A DNA stretch of 63,927 bases, filler included, from Octopus bimaculoides (GCF_001194135.2; 7 parts of 6 records of this genome joined end to end with filler, not necessarily neighbours in it); one strand, 5' to 3'. Positions 51,760 to 63,927 are shown, numbered from the whole stretch's first letter. The notes: generated by a model from the letters alone, not told the origin. Program-made: numbers and translations.

Positions 51760-53360
51760 ACTAGGTCACACACCTTTGGTGTTAGGAAGGGCATCGAGCT
51801 GTAGAAACCATATCCAAATCAGACAGGAGTCTGGTGCAACCTTCCAGCTTGCAAGCCCTGGTCAAACTGTCCAACTCATGTTAGCATGGACAACGGATAT
51901 TAAATGATGATGACATACTAGAGATTTCAATGATGTGATTGTTTAGCTATAGGATGACATTGCAGGGTTGGTATGAGTTACTGGATCTGACCAGTTTCAA
52001 CAGAAAACTGGTTAAACATTTTGATCGGATAAAGCCATTTAAATGCTAAAGGGTTAAAACCCTTCGAAGCTGTGCCCCAGTATGGCCACAGTTTGGTAAC
52101 TGAAATTAATTAAAGAAAATACTAAATGGAAAGAAACAGTTTAAAAAAAAAAATTTTTTTAAACCCTCACCTTTCTCTGATGGCGAATTATCTTCATCTT
52201 TTACAGGTTTTTCATATTCTGTCTGGAATCTGGTGTTTGTGTTGTATATTTTGTCCCACAATACTTTTATTTCATAATCGTAATGTTTCCATTCAGGGAC
52301 AATCCTGATGGCTGCTTGTAATTTCGGTTCTTTTGTTAATGGGTTATTACACTGGAATAGAAAAAGACAATGAAAATATAGTAGAATGAAAATATAATGA
52401 AACACAACAAAAGGGACATCGTCTTCATCATCATCATCATCATCATCATCTAATGTTGATTTTCGATGCTGGCATGGGTTGGACGGTTTGACGGGAGCTG
52501 GTAAGGTCAAGGACTGCACCCTTGCCTTGACATGTGATGGTCACTTTCATACAAGCAATGTTGACCATTTCCAGTCTTCTGTGGGAAACATGTTTGGCCA
52601 TGAGAAAATATCACTTTGCTCAGAAACAAGTGAATGTTGGCAACAGGAAGAGCATCTGGCCATAGAAAAATCTGCCTCGGAAAATTCTGTTTGACCAATG
52701 CAAGCATGGAAATGTAGGTGCACGATGATGATGATGATGATGAGGATTCCATCTGATGCTCCAATAATTCTCTTGACCTGCTGCCCAGCACTGGATGAAA
52801 AGCAAAGTTAATGATGGCAAAAATTTTAAGTGAGTTTAGAAATGGGTGAGGGTTGGTGACAGAAAGGGCATCAGGACATAGGGAATCTACCTCGACAAAT
52901 GTAAGCTTGGTAAAGTGGTTGTTAAATAATGACAATGGTGATGATGTGGTAACACTTCTGTCAACTCACTGCCCCGCATTAGATGAAAGGCAATGTTAAA
53001 CCTTGGAAGGGATCTGAACTCAGAGTATGAAGAACCACAGCCAATATTGCAAGGTCTTTTGTCCAAAGTTCGAACAATTCTGCCAGTTTCCAACCACGAA
53101 CAACAAAACAAAACAAAACAAGAAGCCACACAGGAACCAATAAAAGCTCGATAATATATCATTAACAAACATCTTCATAGTCATCGTTTCCAATCTTCCG
53201 TAAAAACATGTCTGGTCATGGGGCAGTATCATTTTCCTTGGGAACAAGTGAGAGTTGGTGACAGGAAAGGCATCCAACAGCAGAAAACCTGCCCCAATAA
53301 ATTCTGTGATCCTCACAAGAATAGAAAAATGTAAATGATGACAACGACAATGATAATGTA
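51760..53360. mobile_element. Cluster of short RTE-3'-end-related fragments with (GAT)n tails
   Basis: gttgg(t/c)(g/a)acagg(a)aagggcatc motif at ~51780, 52575, 52850 and 53250; reverse copy at 52425-52510. Confidence 0.7.
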
Positions 53361-53584
53361 ACGATGGTGATGATGCTGACGATGTAGACTGGACACAATG
53401 GTAGCGTATAACGAATTATGCATATAATGTAAGTATTGATGGTGTGTAATGATTGTGAATAATGATTGACTGCAAAGACAGTGCATAACAAATGTGTATA
53501 ATGTATGCTCATAACAATTGCATGCAATGATTCTGCGAAAGGAATCGCTGTAATAAATGTGTGCAATTCTCAACACAATAAAGG

Positions 53585-53720
53585 AGGGCTATTAGAAGAA
53601 GTGCTTCCATTGTCAAGGATCCCGAATACCTGTTAGTCTTCTATACCCTAAGACCCTCTCCCCTCAACCATCTCCTGCTTAGGGAGGATATGCAGCTACT
53701 GGATAATAAGGGACAATGTA
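53585..53720 (+). mobile_element. Possible Rex1/Babar-like LINE 3' remnant
   Basis: RAIRRSASIVKDPEY...FYTLRPS resembles the R..RKA..IIKDPSHP...LF.LLPSGRR C-terminus. Confidence 0.35.
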
Positions 53721-54005
53721 AGTGTGAGAAACAGCTGTCGACTCTTACAGTATGTACACTAAGAAGAGTTGGAAAATTTGTATTCAATATTAAGGCTATT
53801 AAGAACATTCCACACACACACACATGTATATGCATACACACACACACATGTATATGCATATACACACATACACACACACATATGTATACATAATCATACA
53901 TGTTATTTCAATGATGCACACACATACACGCATGTATATAAACTATATAGTTGGGTAGCAGAGTCAACATATTTAATGCAAGCAACAATAATATAAATAT
54001 ACATT

Positions 54006-54082
<77 letters not shown>

Positions 54083-54189
54083 CATATATGTCTACATATA
54101 TACATACATATATATGTATGCATATATATATGTATACATATACACATACATATATATGTATGCATATATATATGTGTATATATATATAG

Positions 54190-54280
<91 letters not shown>

Positions 54281-54302
54281 TATATACATACATGTATATA
54301 TA

Positions 54303-54455
54303 TAGATGTATACAAATATATACATACATAAACATTTAGATGTATACAAATAGATACATACAAATATATACATACATAAACATTTAGATGTATACAAATA
54401 GATACATACAAATATATACATACATAAACATTTAGATGTATACAAATAGATACAT
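54303..54455. repeat. Minisatellite (34/48-bp units)
   Basis: tagatgtatacaaatagatacatacaaatatatacatacataaacatt repeated about 3 times. Confidence 0.85.
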
Positions 54456-54562
54456 ATATATANNNNNNNNNNNNNNNNNNNNNNNNNNNNNNNNNNNNNN
54501 NNNNNNTTAATTAATTAANNNNNNNNNNNNNNNNNNNNNNNNNNNNNNNNNNNNNNNNNNNN

Positions 54563-54618
<56 letters not shown>

Positions 54619-55159
54619 ATCCTCTCGTTCTCTTATATTAAATTTTCGGACGAACTTTCTGGGGCTTCTTTTAAACAGTCACACATGAAGTCAAAGAACT
54701 ATTTAGACTGTTCTTGTTTTTTCCTTTTAAATAAAATCACGTTTGATGTCCTTTAATTCTGTTCTAATCTCTTTTTATTCCTTCCTTCTTCTTATGTTTT
54801 ATTCCAAGATTACATTTACAATATTTTCTTTAATATTGTTCTAATACACACATCTACTCCATCTTTTTCATTCAACAAGATTTCCTAAGTCTTCGCGCTT
54901 ATTTGAAAAGCTTCTCCGTGTTGTTGTTTAGTAATGGCGGAGAGAGATATATTTAATCTGACTCTACGTTTCATAGAGATTTACTGATATAAAAGCAACT
55001 GCAACTGTTCCCATTAGCGACTTATTTTTGGGATACTGTTGTTATCATCTCCGTTAGATGCCTTCTAGTACCTTCTTCCTTATCGAGTAGCTTTTATGTA
55101 CATCTCTTAGAGTTTCTTTTTGTTGTTGTTATTATTATCATTATTATTATTGTTGTTGT

Positions 55160-55700
55160 TGTTGTTGTTGTTGTTGTTATCAAGACAGTGAGCTAGCAGA
55201 ATCATTAGCACGCCGAGCAAAATTCTTAGTAGCATTACGTTCTGAGTTCAAATTCCACTGAAGTCGACTTCGCGTTTCCTCCTTTCGGGGTCGATTAAAT
55301 TATGTACCAGTTACGCACTAGGATCGATGTAATCGATTTAATCCCCTCCCCTAAGCTGCCCTAGGAGCTAAAACATGAAATCATCATTATTATTATTAAC
55401 CAGTCGGTTTGCTAGCATAATCGTTAGCACGCCGAGTAAAATGCTTGGTGGCATTACGTTCTGAGTTCAAATTCCGCCGAGGTCGGTTTTAACTTTCATC
55501 CTTTCGAGGCCGATAAAATAAGAACCGGTTGTGCATTGGGTCAATATAATCGATTCAATACACCTCCTGCAAAATGATTTTGGGCCTTGTGTCTATTGTA
55601 GAAAGGATTCTTCTTCTTCTTCTTCTTCTTCTTCTTCTTCTTCTTCTTCTTCTTCTTCTTCTTCTTCTTCTTCTTCTTCTTCTTCTTCTTCTTCTTCTTT
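55160..55700 (+). mobile_element. Two tandem SINE family A copies, the second ending in (TTC)n
   Basis: Heads at ~55160 and ~55400; tail gtagaaaggat followed by (tct)n to ~55699. Confidence 0.85.
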
Positions 55701-56292
55701 TACTTCTTCTCAAAATATTTCCACTCTCGGATGATTNNNNNNNNNNNNNNNNNNNNNNNNNNNNNNNNNNNNNNNNNNNNNNNNNNNNNNNNNNNNNNNN
55801 NNNNNNNNNNNNNNNNNNNNNNNNNNNNNNNNNNNNNNNNNNNNNNNNNNNNNNNNNNNNNNNNNNNNNNNNNNNNNNNNNNNNNNNNNNNNNNNNNNNN
55901 NNNNNNNNNNNNNNNNNNNNNNNNNNNNNNNNNNNNNNNNNNNNNNNNNNNNNNNNNNNNNNNNNNNNNNNNNNNNNNNNNNNNNNNNNNNNNNNNNNNN
56001 NNNNNNNNNNNNNNNNNNNNNNNNNNNCCCCCCCCCCCACCGCTCTTTCGTTCTCTCTTTTCCCCCGTTCTTTCACCATCTCACTTTCTGTTTCTCCACC
56101 CGGCTCTCTATCCCTCTATCCCCCCTCTCTCGCTTTCTTCCTTTCTCTGTCTGTTCCAAGTTCCAACTCACGCCGAGGTCAACTTTGATTTTAGCGTTTT
56201 CAGATTAGTAAAATAAGCTACAATCCGGCGAATTGCAATCTTGTAAACTCGGCTACAAAGACCTTGGTACCACAATATATTGATCCGAAAGC

Positions 56293-56525
56293 AGCGGTGG
56301 TGGCGAGCTGACAGAATCGTTAGCACGCCGGGCAAAATGCTTTGCGGCATTTCATCCGTCTTTGCGTTCTGAGTTCAGATTCTGCGGAGCTTGACTTTGC
56401 ATTCCAGGGTCGATAAATTAAGGACCAATTAAATTCTGGGGTCGATGTAATCGACTAGTCTCTTCTCTCAAAATGTCAGGCCTTGCGCCTATAATAGAAC
56501 GGATTATAATTATTATTATTGTTGT
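56293..56525 (+). mobile_element. Full-length SINE family A
   Basis: ggtggtggcgagctgacagaatcgttagcacgccgggc...ggccttgcgcctataatagaacggattat(att)n. Confidence 0.9.
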
Positions 56526-56529
56526 TGTT

Positions 56530-56863
56530 GTTATTATTATTGTTCAGTAGTTTTATTTTTATAACGTGCTTCCACTTCACTACCGAGCGCAGCTCTGTGC
56601 GCCTTGGGTATGTGCTGTGGTGCTCTTATGTTTACTGTATTGAAAGTGTTTTGCGTAGAATGTGTGCAGTACCCAATAGTGCAATTTTCTGTATGTTATA
56701 TATATTTGTAAGTCCTGGTGTTTTTGTTATGTATTTGTCTGAATATTTTTTTATTATACCTAAGGCACCTACTATGATAGGAATTGTTTCTGTTTTTAGA
56801 TTCCACATTCGAGTTATCTCTATTTCCAGGTCTTTGTATTTTGAAAGTTTTTCCATTTCTTTT
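56530..56863 (-). mobile_element. R4/Dong-type REL LINE 3' end with (AAT/AAC)n tail
   Basis: EKLSKYKDLEIEITRMWNLKTETIPIIVGALG...QKIALLGTAHILRKTL* with an intact frame, ~100-bp 3'UTR, then a tandem tail. Confidence 0.92.
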
Positions 56864-56963
56864 NNNNNNNNNNNNNNNNNNNNNNNNNNNNNNNNNNNNN
56901 NNNNNNNTTAATTAATTAANNNNNNNNNNNNNNNNNNNNNNNNNNNNNNNNNNNNNNNNNNNN

Positions 56964-57004
<41 letters not shown>

Positions 57005-57134
57005 TGTATGTATATAAATATGTATGTATGTATGTCTATGTGTGTGTGTATGTCTATGTGTGTGTGTATGTATGCATGTCTATGCATAAACATGCATACA
57101 CCTACACGTACACACATGTAACAATATTTCAGTT

Positions 57135-57240
57135 TTGATTTCTCGTGATTTCAGTTTCATGCCATTTCGATCTTTGGAGGGAAAAAATTGCGATGCTGGG
57201 GGGGGAATCAGACACACAAATATATACACACATACATGCA

Positions 57241-57325
<85 letters not shown>

Positions 57326-57485
57326 GTATACGACGGGCTTCTTCCAGTTTCCGTCTAACAAATCCACTCACAAGGCTTTAGTCGGCCTGAGGCTATAGTA
57401 GAAGACACTTGCTCAAGGTCACGCATTGGGACTGAACCCGGAACCATGTGGTTGGTAAGCAAGCTACATACCACACAGCCACTCC
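57135..57485 (-). mobile_element. SINE family B (head and middle)
   Basis: tacgacgggcttcttccagtttccgtc...gaaccatgtggttggtaagcaagctacataccacacagccactcc. Confidence 0.88.
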
Positions 57486-57749
57486 CTGAATCTGAGAGGG
57501 GAATATATTGAATAAAATCATTACTAACTGAACCTCTTGTATTTTCTTTTACACAAAGCGCCCACTCTTATTATATCATACCTTGATACCGTGTGGATTT
57601 AAGGTTCCCGTCAAAAGGCCGCTGATATGAAATAAGTTGTTAACACTTACGATATAGAAATTAGTAGATCACAGTTATCTGAAGCTACTGTAATTGTTGA
57701 ATAAATAAACAGATTAGCTGCGCATTTCCCTGGAATTGATCAAATTGAT

Positions 57750-57795
57750 GTAGACACCTCTGATGAGAATCCAATAAGATTCGAAAATCTTTAAT
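57750..57795 (+). ncRNA. Degenerate hammerhead ribozyme core
   Basis: CTGATGA-GAATC-caataa-GATTC-GAAA with a perfect stem II; stems I and III are poor. Confidence 0.35.
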
Positions 57796-58014
57796 CTTTA
57801 TTAATCTTTGGAGAAAGAGCTTAATTACCCATGTTTATACAGGTACTATATAGGTTACGTATATTTATATACATACAAATATGTATGTATAAATCCTTAT
57901 AAGGAAATGGTTTACATTATCTTCGAAACTGCAGTCTACTCGCCGTCATCTGACGGTCTGATGACGATCAATAAGCAGAAACTTCGAAGTCACTCTCAAC
58001 ATTTTCGTGATACA

Positions 58015-58355
58015 CGTAAAAGGGTAAGGGTAATGAACCGCCTTTGGTCATGAATGACGAAGGGATTGCACCTCCGAGGCATAAATTCGGTCAAGGTTAT
58101 TTTATGGAAGACCATCAGTTACCTATGCAGTCTCACCCATCCACGGCACTGACGTTATCCAAGGGAAAGGCAAAGGGGCCGATACAGCTTGGCACCAGTG
58201 ACCTCGCAACTCATTTCTACAGCTGAGTGAACTGGAGCAATGTAAAATAAAGTGCCTTGCTCAAGAACACAACACACAGCTCGGTCTGGGAATCGAACTC
58301 ACTATCTCTTGATCGGAAGTCCAACGCTCTAACCACTGACCCATGCGCCTTCACG
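58015..58355 (-). mobile_element. Full-length tRNA-derived SINE
   Basis: Reverse-strand head ggcgcatgggtcagtggttagagcg...gagttcgattcc, central ttgctccagttcactcagctgtagaaatgag. Confidence 0.85.
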
Positions 58356-59564
58356 CGTAAATAACCATGTACTGAGGATTCTTCATTTTAATACATAATT
58401 GTCTTTCTATATAATTTGACATAAAAACAAATAAAATATATATATTATATATATATTTATACATACATATAGACACACACACACACACACACACATGTAT
58501 ATAAACTTACACAATTACACGCATGCGGAGACAGAGAGTGGTGTAGATTCTCGAAGATCTACTACAGAAGTGTAGACCATAGGCATTAAAGGTGGGCAAA
58601 GATCTGTAAGAAGGTCAGACGTCGGAATTGAGAAGTTTACACAACGGAATGTAGGTGTTTCTAATAATAACAAAAGATAGGATTAGAACGTGGAAACGGC
58701 AGAAAACGAAGACACATTTACACGCACACGCGCGCGCGCACACACACACACACACACACATGCACACACACACACACACACACACGCACACACATGCACA
58801 CACACNNNNNNNNNNNNNNNNNNNNNNNNNNNNNNNNNNNNNNNNNNNNNNNNNNNNNNNNNNNNNNNNNNNNNNNNNNNNNNNNNNNNNNNNNNNNNNN
58901 NNNNNNNNNNNNNNNNNNNNNNNNNNNNNNNNNNNNNNNNNNNNNNNNNNNNNNNNNNNNNNNNNNNNNNNNNNNNNNNNNNNNNNNNNNNNNNNNNNNN
59001 NNNNNNNNNNNNNNNNNNNNNNNNNNNNNNNNNNNNNNNNNNNNNNNNNNNNNNNNNNNNNNNNNNNNNNNNNNNNNNNNNNNNNNNNNNNNNNNNNNNN
59101 NNNNNNNNNNNNNNNNNNNNNNNNNNNNNNNNNNNNNNNNNNNNNNNNNNNNNNNNNNNNNNNNNNNNNNNNNNNNNNNNNNNNNNNNNNNNNNNNNNNN
59201 NNNNNNNNNNNNNNNNNNNNNNNNNNNNNNNNNNNNNNNNNNNNNNNNNNNNNNNNNNNNNNNNNNNNNNNNNNNNNNNNNNNNNNNNNNNNNNNNNNNN
59301 NNNNNNNNNNNNNNNNNNNNNNNNNNGACGACGACGACGACCACCACCACCACCCCAACAACAGCAACAACCACCACCACCACCACCATCACAACCAGCA
59401 GCAGCAGTGTAGCATCACCACCATCATCACCACCCCCACCACTACAACCATCACCACTTCCATCACAACCATCACAACTACCACAACCACAAGCACCACC
59501 ACCGCCACCACCATCTTCCTATTTCTTTTCCCTGAACATCACCACCATTACCACCACCACCACC

Positions 59565-60045
59565 ACCCTGAAACGGGTGAAAGGCAAAGTCGACTTCGAC
59601 GGAATTTGAACTCAGAACGTCAAGACAAACGAAATACCGCTAAGCATTTCGTCCAGCGTGCTAACGATTCTTATTTCTTTACTGCCCACAAGGGGCTAAA
59701 CATAGGGAGGACAAACAAGGACTGACAAAGGGATTAAGTTGATTACATCGACCCCAATGCGTAACTGGTACTTTATTTATCGACCCCGAAAGGATGAAAG
59801 GCACTACTACTACTACTACTAATAATAATCTTTTCTGCTCTAGTCACAAGGCTAGAAATTTGGGGGAGGAGGCCAGTTGATAAGATTGAACCCAGAACGC
59901 TACTGGTACTTAATTTATCGAGCCCGAAAGGATGAAAGGCAAAGTCAACCACGGCGGAATTTGAACTCAGGACGTAACGGCAGACGAAATACCGCTAAGC
60001 ATTTCGTCCGGCGTGCTAACGTTTCTGCCAGCTCGCTGCCTTATT
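59565..60045 (-). mobile_element. Three tandem SINE family A units
   Basis: Repeated gaaaggcaaagtc...ggaatttgaactcag...gtgctaacg, joined directly or through (ACT/AAT)n. Confidence 0.88.
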
Positions 60046-60289
60046 AAGCGAGAAGTTATTAAGTATCGACTTGCTGCTGTCAGAAAGGTTACAAATTCCA
60101 TGGATACGTCACCATATTGCATAAGAGCAGCATCGAAATTTCTGGGATATGAAATGAATGGTTGCTAGAGAGAAATCGACTAAAGAGTTCTACTACAAGG
60201 GAGATAAGTTTAAGTCGTCAATAATATGGTTCGACAAAAGCCAAATCCACCAGTTTTTCTAATTCAACGTAAATATATGTGGCGACCTG

Positions 60290-60436
60290 GTAAGGGGCTT
60301 GCTTTCCAACCACATGGTTCTGGGTTCAGTCTCACTGCGCGACACCTTGAACAAGTGTCTTCTACTATAGACTCGGACCAACCAAAGCCTTGTGAGTGGA
60401 TTTGGTTGGCAGAAACTGAAAGAAACCCGTCGTATA
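60290..60436 (+). mobile_element. SINE family B head (runs into a gap)
   Basis: caaccacatggttctgggttcagtctcactgcgcgacaccttgaacaagtgtcttctactatag. Confidence 0.85.
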
Positions 60437-60536
60437 NNNNNNNNNNNNNNNNNNNNNNNNNNNNNNNNNNNNNNNNNNNNTTAATTAATTAANNNNNNNN
60501 NNNNNNNNNNNNNNNNNNNNNNNNNNNNNNNNNNNN

Positions 60537-60581
<45 letters not shown>

Positions 60582-61354
60582 TACATATATGTATGTATGT
60601 ATGTATATATATATATAAGCTAAGATAAACTTAGATATGATTCGACGAAAGGTTGGTCCAGACCATGTCTAACTTAATAGCACCACCTGATAGAATTATC
60701 TAAATCCTTTTAAAGTCCAGTTTTGTGATATCATGGTCCATTCGAGTAGGGAGGTCTTGCTGATTGAGTTGTATATGTGTTTTGTCTAGGTGGCTTTTCT
60801 AGTATTCCTTGAAGAAATGTGTCCATCTTGCGTTTAAAGTTAATGGGATCGTTTCCCTCTTTGATCTGTTTCGGGACTATGCTAAATAGGGCAGGGCCTG
60901 TTGAAGAAAAAAAATTGTGTTGCAGTGTATTTATGTGTTGTGATCCTGAATTGGGTTGGGGACTATACAGACATGGCCAAAAGTCACCCGACAGTAAATC
61001 AAAATTCCTTTAATACTATCTGTAATTCTGTATTGACTCGAATGGAAAAATGTGTCGCCTAAGAAAGACGTCAGAAGAATTTTCATGATGTTTCATATTT
61101 AGGTGCTTTTATTAAATTCATTCAGTTGTTAAACATAAATATATCTTGGATTGAAATGGTTTTGATTTACTGTCATGTGTATGTGTGTATATGCACATAG
61201 ATGTTATGCGTATAGATGTATGTATATACACATGCATGTATATAGACACATACATGTGTGTATATATGTATATATACATAAATATATATATACTGTATAT
61301 GTATATATATGTAGATATATATACATGTATGTATATATATTCTATCTATCTATC

Positions 61355-61411
<57 letters not shown>

Positions 61412-61649
61412 NNNNNNNNNNNNNNNNNNNNNNNNNNNNNNNNNNNNNNNNNNNNNNNNNNNNNNNNNNNNNNNNNNNNNNNNNNNNNNNNNNNNNNNNN
61501 NNNNNNNNNNNNNNNNNNNNNNNNNNNNNNNNNNNNNNNNNNNNNNNNNNNNNNNNNNNNNNNNNNNNNNNNNNNNNNNNNNNNNNNNNNNNNNNNNNNN
61601 NNNNNNNNNNNNNNNNNNNNNNNNNNNNNNNNNNNNNNNNNNNNNNNNN

Positions 61650-61691
<42 letters not shown>

Positions 61692-61718
61692 TTTATTTAA
61701 AGGCAGCAGAAATATAGC

Positions 61719-61765
61719 AAAAGCTGTTACTTAGAGTTTCACGTTCCCGTTCGTCGGACAGTTTT
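61719..61765 (-). ncRNA. Type I minimal hammerhead-ribozyme-like motif
   Basis: aaaactgt CCGACGA acg-GGAA-cgt GAAA ct-cta-ag TA acag-c-tttt: stems I, II and III all pair; cleavage triplet GUA; U4C core variant. Confidence 0.6.
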
Positions 61766-62633
61766 CTTAAAATGGAACAGAAATTACGATATAATCAAAA
61801 CTAGTTAAAGGATACACCTTTAAAATGGATTTGTTTCATTGGTCATTTCAATTAACGGTCTTAAAGCATGCAATGAACAAAAATGAATTCAATATAAATT
61901 CATCCTATTGTAAAATCGAAGAAAACCTTAAATCGAAGGGTAGATTCAAGATACATATTGTAAATAATTATATACGGAATAGAAGTCAATTAATACATAA
62001 GAATTAAAATTAAAATTTTCACGCTGCATTACATAAATATTTTACAACAGTGTATACCCATACTAGACCATCTATAATATACATATATACATCAAGATAC
62101 ACAGATGCATGCATATAGTTACATACATATGCAGGCATATATATGTAAGACATAAATATACGCACAAATACACATATACATATATGCACTCAACTATGCA
62201 CGCGCATAAAAAATCTCTTGGTGAATACATATACAAGTGTATAATAATAAAAGTGTATAATAATAAAAATCGGATAAAAAACATGCAGAATGGAACACCA
62301 TATATCAAATTATCTATAAATATTTTACAACAGTGTATACCCATACTAGCCCGTCTATAATATACATATATACACCAAAATACACAGATGCATGCACATA
62401 GTTACATACATATACAGGCATATATATATAAGATTAAATGGGTTTGTAAAATACAATAAAATGAAATAAAAATAAAATGTTAAACATGAAAATAATATAT
62501 ACATATAACAGCATAAGCTATTCTTAAGAAATACATCGAAGCGAAATAACCATGCATTACAATATATAAATCCAACAGTGGGATTGAAAACTAGTTCAAG
62601 ATTCCCAAAATATATACTATCCATAATTTTAAC

Positions 62634-62680
62634 AAAACTGTCCGACGAACGGGAACGTAAAACTCTGAGTAACAACTTCT
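62634..62680 (+). ncRNA. Type I minimal hammerhead-like motif, G12A variant (probably inactive)
   Basis: aaaactgt CCGACGA acg-GGAA-cgt AAAA ctc-t-gag TA acaactt. Confidence 0.45.
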
Positions 62681-62777
62681 GTTATATTTCTGCTGCTATT
62701 AAATAGAGCTTATTACTCTACCTCTGGTATTTGAGTACTCTTTTTTCCACCTTGTTTTATATTCATGTGCTTGCTCC

Positions 62778-62816
<39 letters not shown>

Positions 62817-63359
62817 NNNNNNNNNNNNNNNNNNNNNNNNNNNNNNNNNNNNNNNNNNNNTTAATTAATTAANNNNNNNNNNNNNNNNNNNNNNNNNNNN
62901 NNNNNNNNNNNNNNNNGCAACTTTGCCTTTTCTGGACATAATGTACGTACTGTAATTTCGGTACTGGACAGAGACAAAATTACAAATGAATATATTTAAA
63001 GAATTTTAAAAATAACGAAAAAAAAAAATGAGGATACAAATTTAATACAATGACTTTATTTTCAATTAATTAAATTAAATTTATATTGAAGAGAATATAA
63101 TTACAAGTAGCATTTGCCTTTTCTGCACAGCCTTACTATAGACGTCAGTACTGCTCATAGAGACAAAGCCACAAACAATTATATTCTATTTACTATAAGA
63201 TTAAATGAATTATAAATAAAGTCATTTTTAGCAAATAATTAACTCCATGTTTGAAAATTTTTAAATAGTGAATATTGACCGTTAAAATATTTGAATTTTT
63301 CTCATTTGCCTTTTCTGAACGTATATAATAATGTATAGATACTTAGGCAGGCAGACAGA

Positions 63360-63397
63360 TAGATGGATGGATAGATAGATAGATAGATAGATAGATT

Positions 63398-63442
<45 letters not shown>
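63360..63442. repeat. (GATA)n microsatellite
   Basis: Direct inspection; also 5741-5782. Confidence 0.95.
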
Positions 63443-63443
<1 letters not shown>

Positions 63444-63927
63444 CAGGCAGGTAATATGTTATTCTAAATAGATCCTTCAATTTTCTTTTTGTTTCAAGAA
63501 CTCATTGGGGACGAAAAGACACGTTGTTGACAAGCATTTAAGTAGGTCTATATGTGCGTATACATGTGAATGTAGGTGTGCGTGTTTGTATTAATATACG
63601 TACTTACGTATGGGCGTGCGTGCGTGTGTGTATACATATGTCTATTTATACTATTTGTGCAGCTGTTTATGACAATCATAACTACAACCACAAACATAAA
63701 CAAGTACGATATCCACCAACACCACCACCGCCTATAACAACAACACCAACAATACTAGTTCAGATACCAACAAACAAGTCTCTGCTTAGTTACTAGTCCT
63801 ACTAAAAATAGGAGGAAAGTCTTCCTGAAATCACTCTCACATACTTAGTTAAGCAAAGAAGGGATTAGGAAAATCAGCATTGTAGTCAGCTAAATAAAAG
63901 TATATATATGTGTGTGTATATATATAT

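Larger units (their letters stand above)
61695..62704. mobile_element. ~1 kb non-coding element with ~80-bp inverted ends, each containing a minimal hammerhead-like motif
   Basis: Inverted repeats at 61695-61773 and 62625-62704 share gttcccgttcgtcggacagtttt. Confidence 0.8.

Noticed and set aside
54620-55110. Possible R4-like N-terminal remnant on the minus strand (LFKRSPRKF)
   Set aside because: Too many stops and only one loose motif.

Overview
AT-rich, heavily gapped animal genomic DNA made up mostly of transposon remnants and microsatellites. The SINE, RTE and MITE families resemble those I recall from octopod genomes (inference, not checked). Recognisable protein-coding remnants all belong to mobile elements: an L1/Tx1-type gag, three R4/Dong-type REL-endonuclease LINE ends, several RTE LINE pieces (two near-identical, young copies), Penelope-like GIY-YIG fragments, a Helitron helicase with its CTAG terminus, mariner and maT (DD37D) transposons, piggyBac-type MITEs and dozens of tRNA-derived SINEs. 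No intact host gene is recognisable; one two-exon candidate lies at 23.4-23.7 kb. Most listed ORFs are artefacts of N-gaps or simple repeats. The most notable structures are: a ~1 kb element bracketed by two inverted, outward-facing minimal hammerhead-ribozyme-like motifs (61.7-62.7 kb); nests of SINEs and LINE tails built in (ATT)n microsatellites; a head-to-head (5'-5') mariner; a Penelope remnant with an inverted segment; and a ~120-nt near-perfect hairpin. All alignments and translations were done by eye.
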